From assembly GCA_949295025.1 (NCBI GenBank), contig CASFJK010000008.1, positions 606 to 64,605 of the forward strand: 64,000 nt of DNA. The letters are read 5' to 3'. Below, piece by piece: positions 58,690 through 64,000 of the stretch (position 1 is the first letter of the stretch; the number at the start of each line of letters is the position of its first letter). A model generated the notes under the pieces. It saw nothing but the letters and a program-made list of their open reading frames with translations, had not been told where the DNA came from and made no database searches. The position numbers were made by a program, and so were the translations under genes. Source of the DNA: an uncultured Pseudomonadota bacterium (GTDB lineage: Bacteria; Pseudomonadota; Alphaproteobacteria; RF32; CAG-239).

Positions 58690-59904
58690 ATGTTTGATGT
58701 TTATGAGATAAGAAAACAATTTCCGGTTCTGGGTAGATTAATTAACGGCAAGCCCAACACGTTTTTAGATACCGGTGCTTCCGCTCAAAAGCCCCAATGC
58801 GTGATTGATAAAATGCTAAAGGTTTATAGCGAAGATTATGCCAATGTTCACCGCGGCTCTTATCTCTTGTCGGAAGAAATCACTTTAGAATATGAAAAAG
58901 CCCGAAAAATCGTGCAAAAGTTCATTAATGCCAAAAGCGATAAAGAAATCGTCTTCACCAGAAATGCCACCGAAAGCATCAATTTGGTTGCCGCTACATG
59001 GGGTAGAAAATTCTTGAAAAAAGGCGATGAGATTTTGATTTCTGAGGCGGAACATCACGCTAATTTGATTCCATGGCAGCAAGTCAGAGATGAAACCGGC
59101 TGCACATTAAAAATTTTCAAAATTGCCGATGACGGTAGCTTTGTTTGGGATGAGTTTGCCAAATTGTTGAGTGAGAAAACCAAACTTGTTGCCGTAACCG
59201 CCATGTCCAATGTTTTGGGAACGATTTTCCCGATTAAAAAAATGGCGCAATCCGCACATGAGGTCGGCGCTCTTGTTTTGACCGATGCTTGCCAATTTGC
59301 CGTTCATCATCAAATTGATGTGCAAGATATGGATTGCGATTTCTTGGCTTTTTCGGGACACAAGACCTATGGTCCGAGCGGTATCGGTGTTTTATATGGA
59401 AAATATGATATTTTAGATTCTATGCCGCCTTATCAATGCGGGGGTGATATGGTTGACCATGTCAGTTATGAAAAGACCACCTTTGCCGAACCTCCGGCAC
59501 GTTTTGAAGCCGGAACGCCGGCAATCGTTCAGGCAATTGGCTTGGGTGAGGCGCTGAACTTTATGATGAATTTAGGCTTAGATAATATCACCGCACATGA
59601 AAAAGAGTTGACTAAGTATGCAACAGAAAAATTGTCAGAGATTGAAGGATTGGTGCAAATAGGCACCGCCAAAGACAAAGGCGGCGTTTTTTCTTTTGTG
59701 TTGAAAGGTGTGCATCCGCAAGATATGGCTTTTATTTTAGATAAAGAAGGTGTAGCTTTGCGTGTCGGACATCATTGCGCCGAACCTTTAGTGCACCGCA
59801 TGGGCTATGAGTCGGTTGCCAGAGCCACTTTGGGCTTGTATAATACCAAAGATGACATTGATAGATTAGTCAAAGCCATAGAAAAAGCCAAAACCTTTTT
59901 TTAA
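58690..59904 (+). CDS. sufS: Cysteine desulfurase SufS
   Basis: LDTGASAQKP, YANVHRG, EHHAN, FSGHKTYGP, RVGHHCA. Confidence 0.97.
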   Translation: MFDVYEIRKQFPVLGRLINGKPNTFLDTGASAQKPQCVIDKMLKVYSEDYANVHRGSYLLSEEITLEYEKARKIVQKFINAKSDKEIVFTRNATESINLVAATWGRKFLKKGDEILISEAEHHANLIPWQQVRDETGCTLKIFKIADDGSFVWDEFAKLLSEKTKLVAVTAMSNVLGTIFPIKKMAQSAHEVGALVLTDACQFAVHHQIDVQDMDCDFLAFSGHKTYGPSGIGVLYGKYDILDSMPPYQCGGDMVDHVSYEKTTFAEPPARFEAGTPAIVQAIGLGEALNFMMNLGLDNITAHEKELTKYATEKLSEIEGLVQIGTAKDKGGVFSFVLKGVHPQDMAFILDKEGVALRVGHHCAEPLVHRMGYESVARATLGLYNTKDDIDRLVKAIEKAKTFF

Positions 59905-59907
59905 GAG

Positions 59908-60363
59908 ATGAAGAATATGAGTTCCGATAACGATAAAATTTTAGATGAAAAAGAAACCCAACTATTAACCGCCATGGGGTTGGCAGAAGAAACCCCGATG
60001 GGTGAGGCTTTGCAAAACTATGTCGCAAAGGCAGGTAAAGACAAACCAGCAGATGAAAAAACTGCCACCAAAGAAGATATTATCGAGGCTTTGAAAACCG
60101 TTTCCGACCCCGAAATTGACATCAATGTCTATGACATGGGTTTGATTTATAATATTGATGTCAGAGATAACGGCGATGTTTTTATCGATATGACCGTCAC
60201 CGCCCCAACTTGCCCCGTAGCCGGTGTTTTGCCGCAACAAGCCGCCGATGCCGTTGCGCTGGTTGAAGGCACGGGCAATGTTGAGGTCAAAATTGTTTGG
60301 GAGCCGGCATGGACACCGGAGCGCATGAGTGATGAAGCCAAAATGATGATTGAGCTTTTTTAG
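59908..60363 (+). CDS. SufT/DUF59 Fe-S assembly protein
   Basis: DPEIDINVYDMGLIY, TVTAPTCP, WEPAWTPERMS. Confidence 0.92.
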   Translation: MKNMSSDNDKILDEKETQLLTAMGLAEETPMGEALQNYVAKAGKDKPADEKTATKEDIIEALKTVSDPEIDINVYDMGLIYNIDVRDNGDVFIDMTVTAPTCPVAGVLPQQAADAVALVEGTGNVEVKIVWEPAWTPERMSDEAKMMIELF

Positions 60364-61046
60364 AGCTTAAAAGTCAAGGTTTCATAGAGGGCGGGGCGAA
60401 GTTCCTGCCAAATTTTTTTCAATTTTTCTTCAGTATCACCGCGCCAAGTTTCAACCGTAATTAAGGGAATTTTCCGTTCCACCCCGGCCCAAGTTCCAAA
60501 AGACCCCGGAGTTTCATAGCCAACCGATTCGACAAATTTGTAACCGGTCTTGTCAGCATACATCAAAGCCAAATCGCGCGCCGGTCCGTCATAATCAATT
60601 AAATGCAAATCGGAGTGGATCGAGATGATGATTTTGGGGGCAAATTCTTCCACCAAAGACATCATAAATTTGGTTTCAACTTCTGAAGCTGGCGCGCCGC
60701 ATTTCACTTTTTCATAAGTGAGCGTTTGGGTTTCATTCTTAAAATTAGCGGTCGGATAGTTGCGGTTCAAATCAACCTTGTTGGCATTAAAACGTGTATG
60801 CAGTTCTTTTCCGTCTGGGTTCAAGCAAGGCAGAAAGTAGGCATTGTAAGAGCATGGAACATTTGGATTTTGTTCTAACTCTTCCATAAAGTGATTAAGC
60901 GCATATTCGCCTTCAATTTCGTCTCCATGAAAAACACCAAGAAAGAAGATATTGGGCAAATTTTCATCAATTTTACGCTCATAAAAAGCAATTTCATGCC
61001 CTTTTGGAGAAATAATTGCTCTAATCTTTTTAATATTGTTTTGCAT
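60360..61046 (-). CDS. M14 zinc carboxypeptidase, MpaA-like murein peptide amidase
   Basis: HGDE, LNPDG, NKVDLNRNYP, SIH, ETPGSFG, ITVE. Confidence 0.88.
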   Translation of the reverse strand: MQNNIKKIRAIISPKGHEIAFYERKIDENLPNIFFLGVFHGDEIEGEYALNHFMEELEQNPNVPCSYNAYFLPCLNPDGKELHTRFNANKVDLNRNYPTANFKNETQTLTYEKVKCGAPASEVETKFMMSLVEEFAPKIIISIHSDLHLIDYDGPARDLALMYADKTGYKFVESVGYETPGSFGTWAGVERKIPLITVETWRGDTEEKLKKIWQELRPALYETLTFKL

Positions 61047-61797
61047 GTTTAACCAGTCCGACTAAAATATTGCCTAGAGCTTGCGCTTGAGCTTGTTTCT
61101 TTTGTTCCATTTTTGCATTGGCTTTTTGTAAAGCTGTTTCAACCGGAACATGAACAATTTTCACCTTGCTGATGCAAAGTTTAGTTGAGCCGTTTTTGTC
61201 TTGCACAATGTGGTCCAAATCTTGTGTATCGGCAAGTGGCTGAAAACCGAAAGAATGATAAAATTTTTCACCGTTTTTGTTTTCAACATTATATTCCAAG
61301 ATGAGGTTTTTAACGCCTTTTTCTTTCATTTTGGGCAGAGTTTGTGCCAACACAAATGTGCCGAGCCCGTGTCTTTGTACATCAGGGTGCAGATAAATTT
61401 GATTCAAAATCATGGTTGAATCATCAAGCTTAACGGAAGTATCGGTAAAGTTCACCTTGCGATACCAAGCGTACTCATAACCATCCAGATAACCTTTTTC
61501 CAAATCTTTAGTTTGTCCGTTTTCAGCATGTTTATAATATTCGGGGATACGGCTGTAACGCACCAAACCAACGGGCTGACCGTCCAAATTAATCATAAAA
61601 GTGCGAGAAAGGTTGCTTTGCTCATTTTCGGCGGCAAAGCGCTTAACCTTTTGATAAAAATAATCATAGGTATAAAGAGCCATCTCCTCTTTGGATTTAT
61701 ATCCTTCGGAGAGTTTGTTATAAGAGGCGCGATAAGCGTCTGCAACCTGTTGCAGAGTCTTGTCCTCAGCAACCAATTTAGAAATAGTTACTTTCAT
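61030..61797 (-). CDS. GNAT acetyltransferase with internal insertion
   Basis: IYLHPDVQRHGLGT, NKNGEKFYHSFGF. Confidence 0.85.
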   Translation of the reverse strand: MKVTISKLVAEDKTLQQVADAYRASYNKLSEGYKSKEEMALYTYDYFYQKVKRFAAENEQSNLSRTFMINLDGQPVGLVRYSRIPEYYKHAENGQTKDLEKGYLDGYEYAWYRKVNFTDTSVKLDDSTMILNQIYLHPDVQRHGLGTFVLAQTLPKMKEKGVKNLILEYNVENKNGEKFYHSFGFQPLADTQDLDHIVQDKNGSTKLCISKVKIVHVPVETALQKANAKMEQKKQAQAQALGNILVGLVKHAKQY

Positions 61798-61954
61798 TTT
61801 TTCTCACTTCAAAATATATTAGGAATAGGGGCAAGATAGCACAGTCGAAATAAGAGTCAAACATTAATATGTTTGTTATTCATACAAAACTCTGGACGCG
61901 GAAGAAGAAAAGTGCTACATCACAAAAATAAGAAAATACAAAGCGGTTAAAAAA

Positions 61955-62353
61955 ATGGATATTGAAGAGTTAGCAGAAAATTTTGAACTTCTTGATGATT
62001 GGGAAGATAAATATCGCTATATTATTGATTTAGGCGAGAAGTTGCCTTCTTTGCCGGCAGAGTTCCATACCGATGAATGGAAAGTTCAGGGTTGCCAATC
62101 ACAAGTTTGGTTGGTGCCGGAAAAACAAGGTGACAAACTTTTCTTCAAAGGTGATAGTGATGCCATTATCGTCAAAGGTATTATCGCCATTGTTTTGATG
62201 ATATTTTCCGGTCATACGGCTCAAGAAATAAAATCCATAAATATTGAAGAAATTTTCAATCGCCTCAATTTGCGTGAGCATTTGAGTCCGAGCCGCCGCA
62301 ACGGCTTGGCCGCTATGACGGAAAAAATTTTGCATTATGCCAATGTCTTATAG
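61955..62353 (+). CDS. sufE: SufE
   Basis: WEDKYRYIIDLG, VQGCQSQVW, DSDAIIVKG, LSPSRRNG. Confidence 0.96.
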   Translation: MDIEELAENFELLDDWEDKYRYIIDLGEKLPSLPAEFHTDEWKVQGCQSQVWLVPEKQGDKLFFKGDSDAIIVKGIIAIVLMIFSGHTAQEIKSINIEEIFNRLNLREHLSPSRRNGLAAMTEKILHYANVL

Positions 62354-62365
62354 GAAATTTTGCTG

Positions 62366-63568
62366 ATGAATATCCACGAATACCAAGCCAAAAAAATCTT
62401 AAGCAAATATGGCATAGCCATGCCTAAAGGCAAAATTGCCTATACCCCGAATGAGGCAAAGAGAGTAACCTCGAGAGTATCTTTACGTGGTCCGTGGATG
62501 CTCAAAGCTCAAATTCAATCTGGTGCTCGTGCCAAAGGCTATTTTTTGGAAGAAAAAGCAGGCAAAAAAGGCGGTATCAGACTAATTAAAAGTCGTCGCG
62601 ATATCATTAAAAATGCCGAACAAATGTTAGGTTCAACCTTGGTCACACCGCAAACCGGCCCAAAAGGAAAATTGGTTAGCCGCATCTATGTTGAAGCTTT
62701 TACCAAAGTTAAAAGAATTTTTTATTCAGCCTTGGTAATTGACCGTATGGAAGCCGCCATCAGCTTGTTGTTTGCCGATATTGCCGATACCGACATTAAT
62801 GAATTGGCATTGAACCATCCTGAAAAGATTTTGAAAATTGAACTTCCGCTAGATCATGGCATTGCATCAGAACAAATTCGTCAGGTCTTAGAGTTCTTAA
62901 AATTAAATTCACGTAGCGCCAGAAGCTTGAAAAGATTTATCAATGGCTTGCACAAAGCTTTTTTGGAAAATGATGCCTCCATGATTGAGGTTAATCCGGT
63001 TGGTGTAATGGCAAACGGACAATTAATTGCTTTGGATGCCAAAATCTCCTTCGATGATAATGCGCTGTTCCGTCATAAAGAAATTGCAAAGCTGCAAGAT
63101 GATTATGAAGCTGACGAAAGAGAATTGCAAGCCGCAAAATATAAGTTCACCTATTGTGAATTTGACGGCAACATCGGTTGCATTGTCAATGGTGACGGTT
63201 TGGCCATGGCAGTGATGGATGAGCTGCAAGACAAAGGCTATGGCGCAGCTTGTTATCTGAACGTTAAAGGTGGTGTAGATAAAGATAAAATTGCCTCCGG
63301 TATCAAAATCATCATGACCAATCCCAAGGTTGAAGGTATCTTGATTAATATTTTGGGTGGTTTTTTGCGTTGTAATTTGATTGCCGAAGGTATTATTGCT
63401 GCAGCTTCTGAAGTAGGCTTAAATGTTCCGTTGGTTGTTCGTTTTGAAGGAACCAATAAAGATGAAGCTAAAGAAATTTTGCTTCACTCAAAGTTACCGG
63501 TGATTATTGCCGATGAAATGGATGAGGCGGCAGATGCCGTTATCAAAGCCATAGAGGAGAGTGACTAA
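62366..63568 (+). CDS. sucC: Succinyl-CoA ligase beta subunit, divergent
   Basis: MNIHEYQAK, EVNP, DAKISFDDNALFRH, VVRFEGTN; several signature substitutions. Confidence 0.88.
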   Translation: MNIHEYQAKKILSKYGIAMPKGKIAYTPNEAKRVTSRVSLRGPWMLKAQIQSGARAKGYFLEEKAGKKGGIRLIKSRRDIIKNAEQMLGSTLVTPQTGPKGKLVSRIYVEAFTKVKRIFYSALVIDRMEAAISLLFADIADTDINELALNHPEKILKIELPLDHGIASEQIRQVLEFLKLNSRSARSLKRFINGLHKAFLENDASMIEVNPVGVMANGQLIALDAKISFDDNALFRHKEIAKLQDDYEADERELQAAKYKFTYCEFDGNIGCIVNGDGLAMAVMDELQDKGYGAACYLNVKGGVDKDKIASGIKIIMTNPKVEGILINILGGFLRCNLIAEGIIAAASEVGLNVPLVVRFEGTNKDEAKEILLHSKLPVIIADEMDEAADAVIKAIEESD

Positions 63569-64000
63569 TGTCCATTTTGGTTGATAAAAATACCCGCGTT
63601 GTTTGCCAAGGTATTACAGGTACTCAAGCAACTTTTCATATTAAGCGCTCTTTGGATTATGGTACACATGTCGTCAGCGGTGTTACGCCTGATAAAGGTG
63701 GCGAAATGCATTTGGGCTTGCCGGTTTTTAACACGGTTAAAGAAGCTAAAGCCGAAACAGGCGCCAATGCCAGTGTGATGTTCGTTCCGGCAGTTGCCGT
63801 AAAAAGTGCTATGAAAGAAGCTGTTGAAGCAGAGCTCGATTTGGTTGTTTGCATTGCAGCCGGAGTACCTTTAAAAGATATGTTGGAAATAAAATCCATG
63901 CTCAAGGGCAGTAAAACCAAGTTGATTGGCCCCAACACCCCTGGAATTATCACTCCCGGCGAAGCCAGATTAGGAATTTTTCCTGAAAATATTCATCATA
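63568..64000 (+). CDS. sucD: Succinyl-CoA ligase alpha subunit (3' end outside window)
   Basis: Not in the ORF track; read from sequence MSILVDKNTRVVCQGITGTQATFH...GVTPDKGG...PVFNTV...IGPNTPG; TAATG coupling. Confidence 0.92.
   Translation, partial: MSILVDKNTRVVCQGITGTQATFHIKRSLDYGTHVVSGVTPDKGGEMHLGLPVFNTVKEAKAETGANASVMFVPAVAVKSAMKEAVEAELDLVVCIAAGVPLKDMLEIKSMLKGSKTKLIGPNTPGIITPGEARLGIFPENIHH

Noticed and set aside
50000-62000. Impression of higher GC in the recN-suf region
   Set aside because: Not quantified, the genes are core, and no mobility genes or boundaries are visible.

Overview
AT-rich alphaproteobacterial chromosome segment. The gene order is Rhodospirillales-like, and the low GC suggests an uncultured host-associated lineage (taxonomy is inference). 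Core content: the 3' part of a flagellin gene, mlaA/mlaC, accBC, a stand-alone flgE, tRNA-Phe, thrS, an FzlA-like GST, a large flagellar cluster (flaF, fliK-flgD-flgE, fliF-fliG-fliH-fliN-flbD-flhA-flhF-flhG), an archaeal/eukaryote-type proS, a csp gene, mraZ-rsmH-ftsL-ftsI, RNase P RNA, lpxC-bamD-recN, a LysM/M23 peptidase, sufBCDS-sufT, sufE and a divergent sucCD. I saw no CRISPR array, rRNA, transposase or integrase. Most interesting signals: (1) both aminoacyl-tRNA synthetase genes have leader hairpins whose loops show the cognate anticodon (UGG for proS, CGU for thrS), suggesting tRNA-mimic autoregulation that extends to proS; (2) an orphan 597-aa protein with a divergent RelA/SpoT-like (Tas1/Apk-style) synthetase domain; (3) an alphaproteobacterial LexA box next to MraZ boxes upstream of mraZ; (4) four orphan genes without Shine-Dalgarno (SD) sequences, three sharing TATTAAAA-N10-ATG and the fourth a variant; (5) a flagellin that has lost its stop codon and reads through its terminator; (6) eight helically phased A-tracts upstream of a sigma54 promoter. 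All product calls come from motif recognition by eye; no database searches were run.
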